Source: Alphaproteobacteria bacterium | Lineage (GTDB): Bacteria > Pseudomonadota > Alphaproteobacteria > GCA-2731375 | Length of the DNA: 64,000 bases | Assembly (NCBI GenBank): GCA_965225945.1 | Contig: CBDDBZ010000034.1 | Coordinates: 128,001-192,000 of the forward strand | Direction: 5' to 3' | In this document: piece by piece, positions 49,332 to 60,809 of the stretch | Layout: every line of letters begins with the position of its first letter | Numbering within the stretch: the stretch's first letter is position 1 | Program-made: the position numbers and the translations under genes | Notes under the pieces: model-generated | What the model was told of the DNA's origin: nothing | The model's database searches: none | The model's input: the letters and a program-made list of their open reading frames with translations, nothing else

Positions 49332-51122
49332 TTAGCCGGCCTCGCTCGTCCACCATGTCGCCACGGGGCTCGCGCCATAGAGCGGCGGGCGCGGCGGCCG
49401 GCCGAAGCGGGGCCAATGGGCGATCCGGTCGACCGGCGAATAGTAGAGCGGCAGCACGTGCTCGCCCCACAAGAGCACGCGATCCAGCGCGCGGGTCGCG
49501 TCGAGGAGTTCGGCCCGGCTCCGGGCGCCGGTGATCCGGCCGATCAGCGCGTCGACCACGGGATCGCGGACGCCCGGATAGTTGCGGCTGCCGGGCTGGT
49601 CCGCCGCCTCGGCTCCCCAATAGAAGGCCTGCTCCGTCCCCGGCGAGAGGGACTGGCCCCAGCGATAGAGGATCGCGTCGTAGTCGAAGCGCGCGATTCT
49701 CTCCTGGTATTCGGCCGAGTCCGCCGTGCGAACCGCGACCGCGACGCCGAGCCGCTCGAGACGCGCCGCATAGGCCAGGGCCAAGCGCTCGTCGGAGCGC
49801 CGCGAGAGCAGGATCTCCAGAGCCAGGGGGTGTGCGTCCCGCGCGCCGACGCGCTTTAGATCGCGAACCACCCAGCCGGCCTCGCGGAGCGCCCGGTCGG
49901 CGCGCCTGAGCGCCACCCGCCCATCTTCGCCCTCGCGCCTGCCGGGCGGCCGATAGGCGCCCTCGAAGAGCGCCGGCGAAAGCGCCGCGACATGAGGCTC
50001 GAGCAGGGCCCGTTCGCCGGCGGACGGCGGCCCGCTGGCGGCCAGCTCCGAATTGGCGAAATAGCTGTCGGTCCGGCGATGCGCGCCAGCGAAATAGGTC
50101 CGGTTGATCCAGGGAAAATCGAAAGCCTCGCCCAACGCGCGCCGCAGCGCGGCATCGTCGAGGGGCGGGCGGCGGGCGTTGAAGGCCAGCGCCCACATGC
50201 CGGCGGGGCGGCCGTGGCGCAGCTCCAGCCGCCGCATGCCGCGCGCCTCGGCGCTCCTGTAGGCGATCGCCCAGGCCCGGGGATCGCCTTCCCAACGCAG
50301 GTCGGTGCGTCCGGCGAGGAAGGCTTGCCGTCGGCCATCCTCGTCGCGGAAGTATTCGTAAGCGACGGTGTCGAAGTTGTAGCGGCCGCGCCGGGCCGGC
50401 AGGCCCTCGCTCCAATGCCCGGGGATGCGGTGGTATTCGACCCCTCGCCTCGCCTCGACCTCGCCGATTTCGTAGGGCCCGAGGCCTTGCAACGGACGCA
50501 GCGAGACCCGATCGAAGTCGCGATCCTCGAGGTCGGTCCGGCTGAGGACCGGCATCAGCCCCATGATCAAGGCCAATTCCTGATTCTCCGCCGAGCGGAA
50601 GACCAGGCGGACCGTCCTGGGTCCCGGGCGTTGCACCTCCGCCACCTCGCCGTAATAGCGCCGGTGATTGGGCCGGCCGCGCCGCGCCAGCAGGCGGAGG
50701 GAGAATTCGACATCATCGAGGGTGACCTCGCGGCCGTCGTGAAAGCGGGCACCCCGGCGAAGGCGGAATGCCACCCAGCCGCGATCCTCGGCCACGACCA
50801 CGGAATCGGCCAACAGGGTGTAAAGGGTGAAGGGCTCGTCGGCGCTGCGCGCGAGCAGGCTCATCTGCGTCAGCCCCAGGCCCGCCACTGGGCGGCCCCG
50901 GACGATATAGGGGTTCAGGCTGTCGAAGCCGCCGAGGCGCGAGAGCACCAGCCGGCCACCCCTCGGCGCCGCCGGATCGACATGGGCGAAGTGGGCGTAG
51001 TCGGGGCCGAGGCGGGGCTCGCCGTGCATGGCGATCGCGTGCTCGTGGCCGAGCGCTGGCCAAGGGGTGGCGAGGCGGCCGGCGAGGAGGCCGGCGAGCA
51101 GCCACGCCGAGGCGAGTTTCAC
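49332..51122 (-). CDS. ABC transporter substrate-binding protein (YejA-like)
   Basis: HAIAMHGEP, FDSLNPY, ARFHDG, AFDFPWINR, RALDRVL; GTG at 51122 overlaps MFS stop. Confidence 0.9.
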   Translation of the reverse strand: MKLASAWLLAGLLAGRLATPWPALGHEHAIAMHGEPRLGPDYAHFAHVDPAAPRGGRLVLSRLGGFDSLNPYIVRGRPVAGLGLTQMSLLARSADEPFTLYTLLADSVVVAEDRGWVAFRLRRGARFHDGREVTLDDVEFSLRLLARRGRPNHRRYYGEVAEVQRPGPRTVRLVFRSAENQELALIMGLMPVLSRTDLEDRDFDRVSLRPLQGLGPYEIGEVEARRGVEYHRIPGHWSEGLPARRGRYNFDTVAYEYFRDEDGRRQAFLAGRTDLRWEGDPRAWAIAYRSAEARGMRRLELRHGRPAGMWALAFNARRPPLDDAALRRALGEAFDFPWINRTYFAGAHRRTDSYFANSELAASGPPSAGERALLEPHVAALSPALFEGAYRPPGRREGEDGRVALRRADRALREAGWVVRDLKRVGARDAHPLALEILLSRRSDERLALAYAARLERLGVAVAVRTADSAEYQERIARFDYDAILYRWGQSLSPGTEQAFYWGAEAADQPGSRNYPGVRDPVVDALIGRITGARSRAELLDATRALDRVLLWGEHVLPLYYSPVDRIAHWPRFGRPPRPPLYGASPVATWWTSEAG

Positions 51123-52264
51123 GCCCGCCTCCAGACCTGTCGGGCGGCCACCGCGACGATCGGCACCACCAACGCCGCGGCGAGATAGAACGGCGCGCTC
51201 GGTCCCCATTCGACGAAGGCGAGGCCGGAGAGCGGCGGGCCCAGGATCCGCCCGAGACCGGCGCCGGAGCCGACGGCGCCGAGGCTGGCGCCCTGGGCCT
51301 CGGCCGGCGTCGCGCGGGAGATCCGGCCGGTCAGGATCGGCGAGCCGACCGAGAGCCCGATCGACACCAGCCCCGCCTGCCAGAGATAGCCGGCGACGCC
51401 CTCGACCAGATCGATTCCGGCGAGCCCGAGAACGAGCGCCAGCGCGCCCACCAACAGCACCGGCCAGTCGCCCCAGCGCCGCGTCGCCGGGCCGATCAGG
51501 CCGCCCTGGATGATCGCCGCCAGCAGGCCGATATAGGCGATCGCCCAGCCGACCTCGCGCGGACCCCAGCCGAAGCCCGCCTGCAGCACCAGGGGATAGA
51601 TCGAGAGGGTCTGGCTGAACACCAGCGTCATCAGCGCCAGCAGCCCGATCAGCCCGAGGATCCTCGGCCGGGCCAGGAGCCGCAGCACCTCGGCCACCGG
51701 GGGAAGCGCGCCTGCCGCCTCGTGCCGGCGCGGCTCGGCGAGGAAGATCAGCGCCCCGAGCCAAGCCAGCAGCGAGAGCCCGGCGGCGGCGAGGCAGGGG
51801 AGGAGAAAATCAGCCCGAGTCTCGGCCGCGCCCGCCACCAGGCCGCCGACCGCCGGGCCCAGCACGAAGGCGACGCCGAAGGCGGCACCGATCTTGGCGA
51901 GCCCGCCCGAGCGCGCCTCCACCGGTGTCACGTCGGCGATATAGGCCTGGGCCACGGCGACGTTGCCGGCCATGGCGCCGGTGAAGGCGCGGGCCAGGAA
52001 GAGGCCCAGCAGCGAGTTCGCCAGCCCGAACCAGAGATGCCCGGCGGCGACCCCCAGGACCACGAGGAGGAAGGCCCGGCGGCGCCCGATCCGGTCGCTC
52101 ACCCGGCCCCACAGCGGAGCCGCGAATAGTTGCGCCGCGCTATGGGTGGCGATCAGCAGGGTGATGCCCCGGGCGTCGGCCCCCAGCGATTGCGCCAGGA
52201 ACGGCAAAATCGGGTAGAGCATCGCCAAGCCGACGAGGTCGACCAGCAGGACGCCCAGCAGCAC
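51119..52264 (-). CDS. TetA-like MFS transporter
   Basis: WGRVSDRIGRR, AYIADVT, FVLGPAVGG; start uncertain. Confidence 0.88.
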   Translation of the reverse strand: MLLGVLLVDLVGLAMLYPILPFLAQSLGADARGITLLIATHSAAQLFAAPLWGRVSDRIGRRRAFLLVVLGVAAGHLWFGLANSLLGLFLARAFTGAMAGNVAVAQAYIADVTPVEARSGGLAKIGAAFGVAFVLGPAVGGLVAGAAETRADFLLPCLAAAGLSLLAWLGALIFLAEPRRHEAAGALPPVAEVLRLLARPRILGLIGLLALMTLVFSQTLSIYPLVLQAGFGWGPREVGWAIAYIGLLAAIIQGGLIGPATRRWGDWPVLLVGALALVLGLAGIDLVEGVAGYLWQAGLVSIGLSVGSPILTGRISRATPAEAQGASLGAVGSGAGLGRILGPPLSGLAFVEWGPSAPFYLAAALVVPIVAVAARQVWRRA

Positions 52265-52313
52265 CCAGGGCGTGTGTCCGGCGCGCCGATCGGCGCCCTC
52301 GACGCCCGGGGCT

Positions 52314-53096
52314 TCAGTCGCGATAGGAGGGATCGATCTTGTCGAGCTTGCGCATCAGCGCCTGGAACTCGAGCCGGCCCATCACCGGCCCGCCGACCGT
52401 ATTGCTGTCGTTCATCGCCTCCCGGCTGGCGATGGCGGCGTTCTCCGACAGCTCGTTCAAGGTCCCGGCGGCGGCGGCGTCGAGCTGGATCTGGCAGGCG
52501 CGCTCCAGCCGATAGAGCCGGAGGAAGGCCTCGGGGATCGTGGTCCCGGTGACCAGCAGGCCGTGGTTGCGCAGGATCAGCACGTTGTTGTCGCCGAGGT
52601 TGGCGCGGATGCGCTCGCGCTCGTCGGTGTCCAGGCTCGGACCCTCGTAGTCGTGGAAGCCGATGGCGTCGTAGAACGCGGTGGCGAACATGCTCACCGG
52701 CCTGAGCCCCTCCTCGATGGCGCAGATCGCCATGCCGGTCCGGGTGTGGGTGTGCAGCACGCATTTGTGCTTCTGGGCGTTTGCCATGTGGACGGCGGAG
52801 TGAATGACGAAGCCGGCCCGATTCACCGGATAGCCGCTATCGTCGACGATTGTGCCGTCGAGGTCGATCTTCACCAGGTTGGAGGCCGTGACCTCGTCGT
52901 AGTTGAGGCCGAAGGGATTGATCAGGAAGTGGATCTCCGGCCCCGGCACGCGCACGGTCAGGTGGCCGTAGATCAGCTCCGTCCAGCCGAAATAGTCGAC
53001 CAGTCGATAGGCCGCCGCCAGTTGCACTCGAAGCGCGCGCTCCGCCTCCGCCGGCGCAAGGGTGTCGATGTCGGCGTCGACGATGTGCACGTCCAT
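52314..53096 (-). CDS. Class II aldolase/adducin-family protein
   Basis: FLINPFG, AGFVIHSAVH, LHTHT, LRNHG. Confidence 0.93.
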   Translation of the reverse strand: MDVHIVDADIDTLAPAEAERALRVQLAAAYRLVDYFGWTELIYGHLTVRVPGPEIHFLINPFGLNYDEVTASNLVKIDLDGTIVDDSGYPVNRAGFVIHSAVHMANAQKHKCVLHTHTRTGMAICAIEEGLRPVSMFATAFYDAIGFHDYEGPSLDTDERERIRANLGDNNVLILRNHGLLVTGTTIPEAFLRLYRLERACQIQLDAAAAGTLNELSENAAIASREAMNDSNTVGGPVMGRLEFQALMRKLDKIDPSYRD

Positions 53097-53399
53097 GAAG
53101 CGTTCCTCCCTGCGCCAAGTCGTTGGCGCGCGATGATAGCAGAAACGACGCCGGGCGCGAGGGCGCCCCGCGGCGTGCTGCCGCTGCGCACCGTGGCCGG
53201 CGCGCCGGGGCCCGATCTCCGGCTCGATTCCGCGATTCCGCCCCCCGGCTACCTCGCCCGCTTCCGCCTCGGGTGAGGCTCGGGAACCTGCCTCTTTTCC
53301 GCCACGAAAGGATACCGGTTTCGCCTCGGCGCGGTCGCGCTCTCGCCTCACCCGCTTGCTGTCATGGCTCCCGACGACCGCAGACGAAGGGAGCCACCG

Positions 53400-55755
53400 A
53401 TGCCCACCACCCCCGCCCGTGCCGCGCGCGCGCCCGCACATCCCCGTCGCGCCAGCCGCCTCGCCCGCGCGGCGATACTGCTCGACCTCGCCCAAGCGGT
53501 AGGGATCATGACCATCGCCGGCATTACCGTCGCCGTGGTGGCCAGCCTATTCGCCGGCCTCGCCTTCGGGGCCGAGCGGGCGACGCCCGCCCCGCTGCGG
53601 CTGGAGCAGGTGCGGGGTGCCGGCCTGATGTTCCGGGGCGAGGCGCCGGACCGCTTCCTGGCGGCGCCGGAGGTGGCCACCGACGTCGCGATCCGCGTCA
53701 CCGGGGTGATCGCGCGGGTCCGGGTCCGCCAGCTTTTTTACAATCCGACGGACGGTTGGCTGGAAGGCATCTACCTCTTCCCGCTACCGGAGCGCGCGGC
53801 CGTCGATCGCCTGCGCATGGTGATCGGCCGGCGTCTGGTCGAGGGCCGGATCGAGGAGCGGCGCGCGGCGGAGCGGATTTACGCCGAGGCCAAGGCGGCC
53901 GGCCGCAAGGCGGCGCTGCTGAGTTCCGAGCGGCCCAACATCTTCACCACCGCCGTCGCCAACATCGGTCCCGGCGAATCGGTGCTGATCGACATCGAAT
54001 ATCAGCAACGCGTGGCGTTCCGCTCGGGCGAGTTTCGCCTGCGCTTCCCCATGGTGGTGGGGCCTCGCTACGTGGCGCCCCCAGGGGCGGTGGCTCGCGC
54101 GGTGGCGCGCGCGCTCAGCCTCGATGATGACGGCGGCGAGGAGGATTGGACGGGGGAGGCGTTTCCCGACGCCCAGGCGATCACGGCACCGGTGTTGGCG
54201 CCGGAACATGGCCCGGCCAATCCGCTGACGCTCACCGTGCGCCTCGATCCCGGCCTGCCGCTGGCCGAGTTGCGGAGCCATCATCACCCGATCACCCGGC
54301 GCGAGGGCCCCAATCACGCCGTCCGCCTGGAACTGGCAGAAGGCCCGGTGCCGGCCGACCGCGACTTCGAGCTCACCTGGCGCCTGGCGGTCCAGGAGGC
54401 CCGGGCGGCGATGTTCCTGGAGCGCGGCGCGAGCAGCAACTACCTGATGGTGATGCTGGCCCCCCCCGCGCGCCGCCGAGCTCTCGGAGCGGAGCCGCCC
54501 GCGCGAGGTCATCCACGTCGTCGACACCTCGGGCTCGATGGCGGGCGCCTCGATCCGCCAGGCCAAGGCGGCGCTGCTGCGCGCGCTCGACGAGCTGGGT
54601 CCGGGCGACCGCTTCAACATCATCCGCTTCGCGAGCGACACCTCGGCGCTCTACCCGGCGCCCCGGAACGTGACGCGCCGGCGCCTTGACGAAGCCCGCG
54701 CCTATGTCGAGGGGCTGGAGGCCGGCGGCGGCACCAATATGGCGCCGGCGCTGCGCAGGGCGCTCGATGCCGCCGGCTCCTCGGGCGATTCCGGGGGCGA
54801 CGCGCTGCGACAGGTGGTCTTCGTCACCGACGGCGCGGTCGGCGACGAAGCCGGGCTGTTTTGCCTGATCCGGAACCGGCTCGGCGCTTCACGGCTGTTC
54901 ACCGTCGCCATCGGCTCGGCGCCCAACAGCCATTTCATGGCGGAGGCGGCGCGGGCCGGGCGCGGCAGCTTCACCCACATCGGCGACGCGGCCCAGATCG
55001 AGGGCCGGATGGCCGAGCTGCTGGCCAAGCTCTCGATGCCGGTGCTGACCGACCTCGAGGCCCGCTTCGACGGGCCGGAGCCGGCCGAGGTCTGGCCGGC
55101 GCCGATCCCCGATCTCTACGTCGTAGAACCGGTCGTCTTCCTCGCCCGGATCGATCCCGCCTCGGCCTCGGTCCGCGTCCTCGGCCGGCTCGACAGCGAG
55201 ATCTGGGAGGCGACGGAAAGCCTGCACCGGGCGATTCCGGGGAGCGGCATCGCCAAGCTCTGGGCGCGGGAGAAGATCGCCGGGCTGGAGAGCCGGCGGC
55301 TCGACGGCGAGGACGCCGAGCGCCTGCGCCAGGAGATCGTCGCCCTCGCCCTGGAGCACGAACTGGTCACCCGCCACACCGCGCTCGTCGCCGTCGAGAC
55401 CACGCCGAGCCGCCCGTCGGACGCGCCGTTGGCCAGCGCCGAAGTCCCGCTGAACCTGCCGGCCGGCTGGGTTTACGACAAGGTCTTCGGTAGCGGCGCC
55501 GGCGCTCCCGCGGCGCTCCGCCAGCAGGCGATGCTCCCCAGCGTCGCTCCGGGCCGGCGACAAGCGCTGGCGCGGCTCGCCACGACGCGGCCGCCGCCCA
55601 TGGCCCCGCCACTGGTCAGCCCGGCGGCGCCCCTGCGCGCGGTGGCGCTGCCCCGGACCGCCACGGCGGTGGAATGGCACCGGGTGCTGGGCGCGCTGCT
55701 GGTGCTGTCGGCGCTGTTGCTGGCGGCGGGGTGGGGGCGATGGGCGCGCGATTGA
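53400..55755 (+). pseudogene. Marine proteobacterial sortase target (VIT+vWA, LPRTA sorting signal), frameshifted
   Basis: VIT domain (EGIYLFPLP, RPNIFTTAVANI); removing one C from the C8 run 54460-54467 restores PREVIHVVDTSGSM; C-terminus LPRTAT + TM + basic residues. Confidence 0.88.
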
Positions 55756-56406
55756 AGCGGGCGCTGGCGGCGGCGACGCTGGCCCTGCTGGCGCTCGGGG
55801 GCGCCTGGCAGCTGGCGCTCGACGCCTGGATCGGTGAAGGCGGCGCTGGCGCAGGTTCTGCTGGAGCAGGCCTGGCGGCGCACGCTGGCCGGCGAGGTCC
55901 GGGCCCGCCCCTGGCCCTGGGCCGACACGTGGCCGGTCGCGGCCCTCGAGGTCGGGGGCGAGCGGTCGATCGTTCTCGCCGACGCGGGCGGGCAGAGCCT
56001 GGCTTTCGGGCCCTCCCACGTCGCCGGCACGCCGCCGCCGGGTGCGCCCGGCTTCAGCGTCCTCGCCGGCCATCGCGACACCCACTTCCGGGTGCTCCGG
56101 GATCTGGCGGCGGGCACCGAGATCACGCTCACCACCGCCGACGGCCGGCGCCATCGCTTCCAGGTCCGCGAGAGCCAGGTCTTGCCGCGCCCGGAACTGT
56201 CGTTGCCGGAGGCCATACCCGACGGCGCCTGGCTGATACTTTCCACCTGCTGGCCGTTCGACGCGCTCAGGCCGGGCGGCGAGGAGCGCTTCGTGGTCTT
56301 GGCCGGCCCGCCAGGTTCGCGGGCCTTGAAATCGCCTTCCGCCGGTCACGGTTCGGCCACAGTCCCAGCCACAATCACGCCTTCGAGCAGGGGAGGAAAC
56401 TCATGA
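55740..56406 (+). pseudogene. Class GN (marine proteobacterial) sortase, frameshifted near 55833
   Basis: N-terminal TM ending AWI in one frame; VKAALAQ, PWPWADTWP, AGHRDTHF, LSTCWPF in the next. Confidence 0.88.
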
Positions 56407-56696
56407 TCGATCCGACGCGCCGCGACCCGCACATCCTCGCCAGCCGCGCCCGGGGCCGGGCCCTGGTGGCGAGCGACCGGCGGCTCTTCCTGCTGGTGAT
56501 GGGGTTGGCGTTGATCGCCTGGACGGCACTGACGCTGGCGATCGGACCGGGCTCGCATCGGCTCGCCCGAGCGGGCGACCCACAGGCCCGGGACCGTGCC
56601 TTCGTCGCCTGCGAGAACGCCGTCCAGCGCCGCGCCGGCGAACTGCTGCGCTGCCACGTTGTCCCGCCCAAGGCCGAACGCCGCTACCGCATCTGA
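56403..56696 (+). CDS. Small membrane protein downstream of sortase
   Basis: ATGA overlap with the sortase stop, RBS GGAGG, one TM, two Cys. Confidence 0.65.
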   Translation: MIDPTRRDPHILASRARGRALVASDRRLFLLVMGLALIAWTALTLAIGPGSHRLARAGDPQARDRAFVACENAVQRRAGELLRCHVVPPKAERRYRI

Positions 56697-56797
56697 TGCC
56701 ACGCGACATAAGTCCCGGCCGCCCCGCGACACCGAGTTCCGCCGATCCTCCGCGCGCCATGGCGCGGGCGGGGTGGCCGTCCTATATTTCGAACACC

Positions 56798-59125
56798 ATG
56801 GCACACACCTCCCTCGCCGAGAATCAGCGCCGCTTCGATCACGCCCTCGCCGAGGCGGAACAGACCCGCTGGATACCGCTCCGCCCCGAGCGAGCGGAGA
56901 AGGACGAGGGCGGCCGGCCCTTCCGCCTGGTCTCGGATTTCACCCCCCAGGGCGATCAGCCGCAGGCGATCGAGGAACTTCTTGCCGGTCTCGCCCGCGA
57001 GGAGCGCGACCAGGTCCTGCTCGGGGTCACCGGCTCCGGCAAGACCTTCACCATGGCGCACGTGATCGAGCGGATCCGCCGGCCGACCCTGATCCTCGCC
57101 CCCAACAAGACGCTGGCGGCCCAGCTCTACGGCGAGATGAAGAGCTTCTTTCCGGAGAACGCGGTCGAATATTTCGTCTCCTACTACGATTACTACCAGC
57201 CTGAGGCCTACGTCCCGCGCACCGACACCTATGTCGAGAAGGAGGCCTCCATCAACGAGCAGATCGACCGCATGCGCCACTCGGCGACGCGGGCGCTGTT
57301 GGAGCGGGACGACGTGGTCATCGTCGCCTCGGTCTCGTGCATCTACGGCATCGGCTCGGTCGAGACCTACAGCCAGATGACCTTCGACGTCGCGCGCGGC
57401 CGGCGATGCGAGCGGCAGGACCTGCTGCGCCGCTTCGTCGAGCTGCAGTACCGCCGCAACGACGCCGGCTTCGCCCGGGGCGCCTTCCGGGTCCGCGGCG
57501 ACGTGGTCGAGATCTGGCCGGCGCATCTGGAGGACAGGGCCTGGCGGATCGAGCTGTTCGGCGACGAGGTTGAGAGCATCCTGGAGTTTGATCCGCTGAC
57601 CGGCCATCGCACCGACGAATTGGAGCGGGTCCGGGTCTTTCCCAACAGCCATTACGTCACCCCGAAGCCGACGCTGCGCCAGGCCGCCAAGCGGATCAAG
57701 GTGGAGTTGGGGGAACAGCTCGCGCGCTTCCGCGACGGCGGCCTCCTGTTGGAGGCGGAGCGCTTGGAACAGCGCACCATGCTGGACCTGGAGATGATGG
57801 AGGCGACCGGCTCCTGCCCTGGAATCGAGAACTATTCGCGCTACCTCACCGGCCGCAATCCGGGCGACCCGCCGCCGACGCTGTTCGAATACCTGCCGGA
57901 GAACGCGCTGCTGATGGTCGACGAGAGCCACGTCACCGTGCCGCAGATCGGCGGCATGTTCCGGGGCGATTTCCGCCGCAAGTGGACGCTCTCGGAGTTC
58001 GGCTTCCGACTGCCCTCCTGCATCGACAACCGGCCGCTCAAGTTCGCCGAGTGGGAGACCATGCGGCCCGAAACCGTCTTCGTCTCGGCCACCCCCGGCG
58101 GCTGGGAGCTGGAGCGCACCGGCGGCGTCTTCATCGAGCAGTTGATCCGCCCGACCGGCCTGATCGATCCGGTCTGCATCGTCCGCCCGGTCGAACTTCA
58201 GGTCGACGACCTGATCGCCGAATGCCACGAGACCACGCGACGCGGCCACCGGGTGCTGGTCACCACGCTCACCAAGCGGATGGCGGAGGACCTGACCGAA
58301 TACCTGCACGAGGCGGGGCTCAAGGTGCGCTACCTGCACTCCGACATCGAGACCTTGGAGCGGGTCGAGATCATGCGCGACCTCAGGCTGGGGGTGTTCG
58401 ACATCCTGGTCGGCATCAACCTCTTGCGGGAGGGGCTGGACATCCCCGAATGCGCGCTGGTCGCCATCCTGGACGCCGACAAGGAGGGCTTTCTACGCTC
58501 CGAGACCTCGCTGATCCAGACCATCGGCCGGGCCGCCCGCAACATCGAGGGGCGGGTCATCCTCTACGCCGACACCATGACCAACAGCCTGACCCGGGCG
58601 CTGGCCGAGACCGAGCGGCGGCGGGTCAAGCAGCAACGCTACAACGAGGCCAACGGGATCACGCCGGAATCGGTGCGCAAGACTATCTCCGACGTCCTGA
58701 GCAGCGTCTACGAGCAGGACCATGTCACCGTGGACACCGGCGACGGCGAGGCGACGCAGCTCGTCGGCCACAACCTGCGCGCCTATATCCGCGACCTGGA
58801 GAAGCGCATGCGGGAGGCGGCGGCGGAGCTGGAGTTCGAGGAGGCGGCGCGGCTGCGCGACGAGATCAAGCGGCTGGAGCAAATGGAGCTGGCCCAGCTC
58901 GAGGGCGACATCGACTTCGGCCGCGAACTCAGGCCGGGCGAGGCGCGCAAGGGCCGGAGAGGGCGCGGCCGCGGCCGGAGCCGGCGGCGCGAGCCGGCGA
59001 GCGACGGCCCCCGCGAGGCCACACCCCAGGTGCTGACGCCGGAAATGCTGGATGCCGCCCGCGTGCCCCGGGGCCGCTCCTCGGCCGGCAAGCCCGGCAC
59101 CCGGGCGCTCCGAGGCAAGCGCTGA
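56798..59125 (+). CDS. uvrB: Excinuclease ABC subunit B
   Basis: [36 protein letters not shown] domain; start at 56798 inferred. Confidence 0.98.
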   Translation: MAHTSLAENQRRFDHALAEAEQTRWIPLRPERAEKDEGGRPFRLVSDFTPQGDQPQAIEELLAGLAREERDQVLLGVTGSGKTFTMAHVIERIRRPTLILAPNKTLAAQLYGEMKSFFPENAVEYFVSYYDYYQPEAYVPRTDTYVEKEASINEQIDRMRHSATRALLERDDVVIVASVSCIYGIGSVETYSQMTFDVARGRRCERQDLLRRFVELQYRRNDAGFARGAFRVRGDVVEIWPAHLEDRAWRIELFGDEVESILEFDPLTGHRTDELERVRVFPNSHYVTPKPTLRQAAKRIKVELGEQLARFRDGGLLLEAERLEQRTMLDLEMMEATGSCPGIENYSRYLTGRNPGDPPPTLFEYLPENALLMVDESHVTVPQIGGMFRGDFRRKWTLSEFGFRLPSCIDNRPLKFAEWETMRPETVFVSATPGGWELERTGGVFIEQLIRPTGLIDPVCIVRPVELQVDDLIAECHETTRRGHRVLVTTLTKRMAEDLTEYLHEAGLKVRYLHSDIETLERVEIMRDLRLGVFDILVGINLLREGLDIPECALVAILDADKEGFLRSETSLIQTIGRAARNIEGRVILYADTMTNSLTRALAETERRRVKQQRYNEANGITPESVRKTISDVLSSVYEQDHVTVDTGDGEATQLVGHNLRAYIRDLEKRMREAAAELEFEEAARLRDEIKRLEQMELAQLEGDIDFGRELRPGEARKGRRGRGRGRSRRREPASDGPREATPQVLTPEMLDAARVPRGRSSAGKPGTRALRGKR

Positions 59126-59154
59126 CGGTTCGCAAGGTTTCCAGGGAGGACGCG

Positions 59155-59574
59155 ATGAGTGAACATCCGATCGGACTTAGGGGCCTCGATCACGTGGTCC
59201 TCAGGGTCCGCGACATCGACGCCATGATCCGCTTCTATTGCGAGGTCGTGGGCTGTACGGAGGAACGGCTGCGCCCCGATATCGGGCTCTATCACCTCCG
59301 CGCCGGCGCCGCGATGATCGATCTGGTGCCGGTCGACGGCGAGCTCGGCCGCAAGGGCGGCGCCGCCCCCGGCCGCGAAGGCCGCAACATGGACCACCTC
59401 TGCCTCCAAGTGATCCCGTTCGATGCCGAGGCGATCCGCGCCCACCTGGCCGCCCATGGCGTCGACAGCGACGCAGCGGTCACCCGCTTCGGCGCACTGG
59501 GAGACGGCCCCTCGATCTATCTCCGGGACCCGGAGGGCAACACGGTGGAGCTCAAGGGCCCGCCCGAGGCCTGA
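59155..59574 (+). CDS. VOC/glyoxalase-family protein
   Basis: LDHVVLRV, MDHLCL, YLRDPEGNTVELK. Confidence 0.92.
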   Translation: MSEHPIGLRGLDHVVLRVRDIDAMIRFYCEVVGCTEERLRPDIGLYHLRAGAAMIDLVPVDGELGRKGGAAPGREGRNMDHLCLQVIPFDAEAIRAHLAAHGVDSDAAVTRFGALGDGPSIYLRDPEGNTVELKGPPEA

Positions 59575-59822
59575 GGCTCCGAGCGAAAGCTCGCCATCGG
59601 CGACTTTTGCCGGTTTCGGAGACTTTCGAGTCGGACTCCGAGCCCGCGCATGGACGCCCCCCGCGAAAGCCTGTAACACCGGCTCGCCGACGGCCGGAAA
59701 CCCTTCGCGTCCGCCCGGCGAGTTGTTGCGAGCATGAACCATCCCAATATAGGGGTGACGTCGGCGGCGCGCGGCGGCGCGAGCGGGGCTTCGAATGCCG
59801 CAACACCCGGGATGAGCGGCCG

Positions 59823-60803
59823 ATGACGTATCTCATGGTGGCCGGCGGACTGGTCCTGTTGCTGCTCGGCGGCGACGTCCTGGTGCGGGGCGCGGTTTCC
59901 CTGGCGCGGTGCTGGAACGTCTCGCCCCTGGTGATCGGCGTCACCATCGTGGCCCTCGGCACTTCGGCCCCGGAACTGGTGGTCTGCGTCGACGCGGCGT
60001 TGAGCGGCGCGCCGGAGCTGGCGATCGGCAACGTGGTCGGCTCCAACATCGCCAACGTGCTGCTGGTGCTGGGGCTACCGGCCGCGATCTATCCCTTCGT
60101 CACCGACGGCGGACCGGTACGCCGCGATACCCTGCTCATGGTGCTGGCGAGCGTTCTCTTCATCGTCTTCGCCTGGCAGGGCGAGATCGGCACCGTTCAG
60201 GGCGTGATCATGGTCGCCGGGCTCGCTTGTTTTCTCGGCTACTCCTACCACATGGCGCGGCGCGGCGGGTCCGCCGGCGAGGCGGGCATGGCCGACGAAC
60301 TCGACGAGCTGAGCGGCCGCCCCGGGCATCTCTGGCGCGCCATCGGCTTCGTCGGCGGCGGCCTCGTCGGGCTGGTGTTGGGTGCCCGCTGGCTGGTCGA
60401 CGGCGCAATGGAAATCGCGCTCGCGGCGGGCATCTCGCAGGCGGTGATCGGCTTGACCCTGCTGGCCATCGGCACCTCGCTGCCGGAGTTGGCGACCTCC
60501 ATCGTCGCCGCGCTGCGCCACCACGCGGACGTCGCCATCGGCAACGTCGTCGGCTCGAACCTGTTCAACATCCTGGGGATCATGGGGGTGACCGCGATCG
60601 TCCACCCGGTGCCGGTGCCGGCCGCCTTTCTCGGCTTCGATCTCTGGCTGATGCTCGGCGCCGCCGTGTTCTTGCTGCTGCTCGTGTGCTCCGGGCGGTC
60701 GCTCAACAGGCTCGCCGGCGCGGTGCTGTCGCTCGCCTATGTGGGCTACATCGCGGCGCTCTTCACCGGCCTCTCCGCGGTGGCGTCCGGGACCGGCCTT
60801 TGA
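59823..60803 (+). CDS. Calcium/sodium antiporter (YrbG-like)
   Basis: Two alpha repeats GTSAPE..GNVVGSN and GTSLPE..GNVVGSN. Confidence 0.94.
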   Translation: MTYLMVAGGLVLLLLGGDVLVRGAVSLARCWNVSPLVIGVTIVALGTSAPELVVCVDAALSGAPELAIGNVVGSNIANVLLVLGLPAAIYPFVTDGGPVRRDTLLMVLASVLFIVFAWQGEIGTVQGVIMVAGLACFLGYSYHMARRGGSAGEAGMADELDELSGRPGHLWRAIGFVGGGLVGLVLGARWLVDGAMEIALAAGISQAVIGLTLLAIGTSLPELATSIVAALRHHADVAIGNVVGSNLFNILGIMGVTAIVHPVPVPAAFLGFDLWLMLGAAVFLLLLVCSGRSLNRLAGAVLSLAYVGYIAALFTGLSAVASGTGL

Positions 60804-60809
60804 TTGTCC

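Noticed and set aside
55674-56696. 340-aa fusion ORF across the sortase
   Set aside because: Artefact of the sortase frameshift joining the anchor frame to the downstream small gene.
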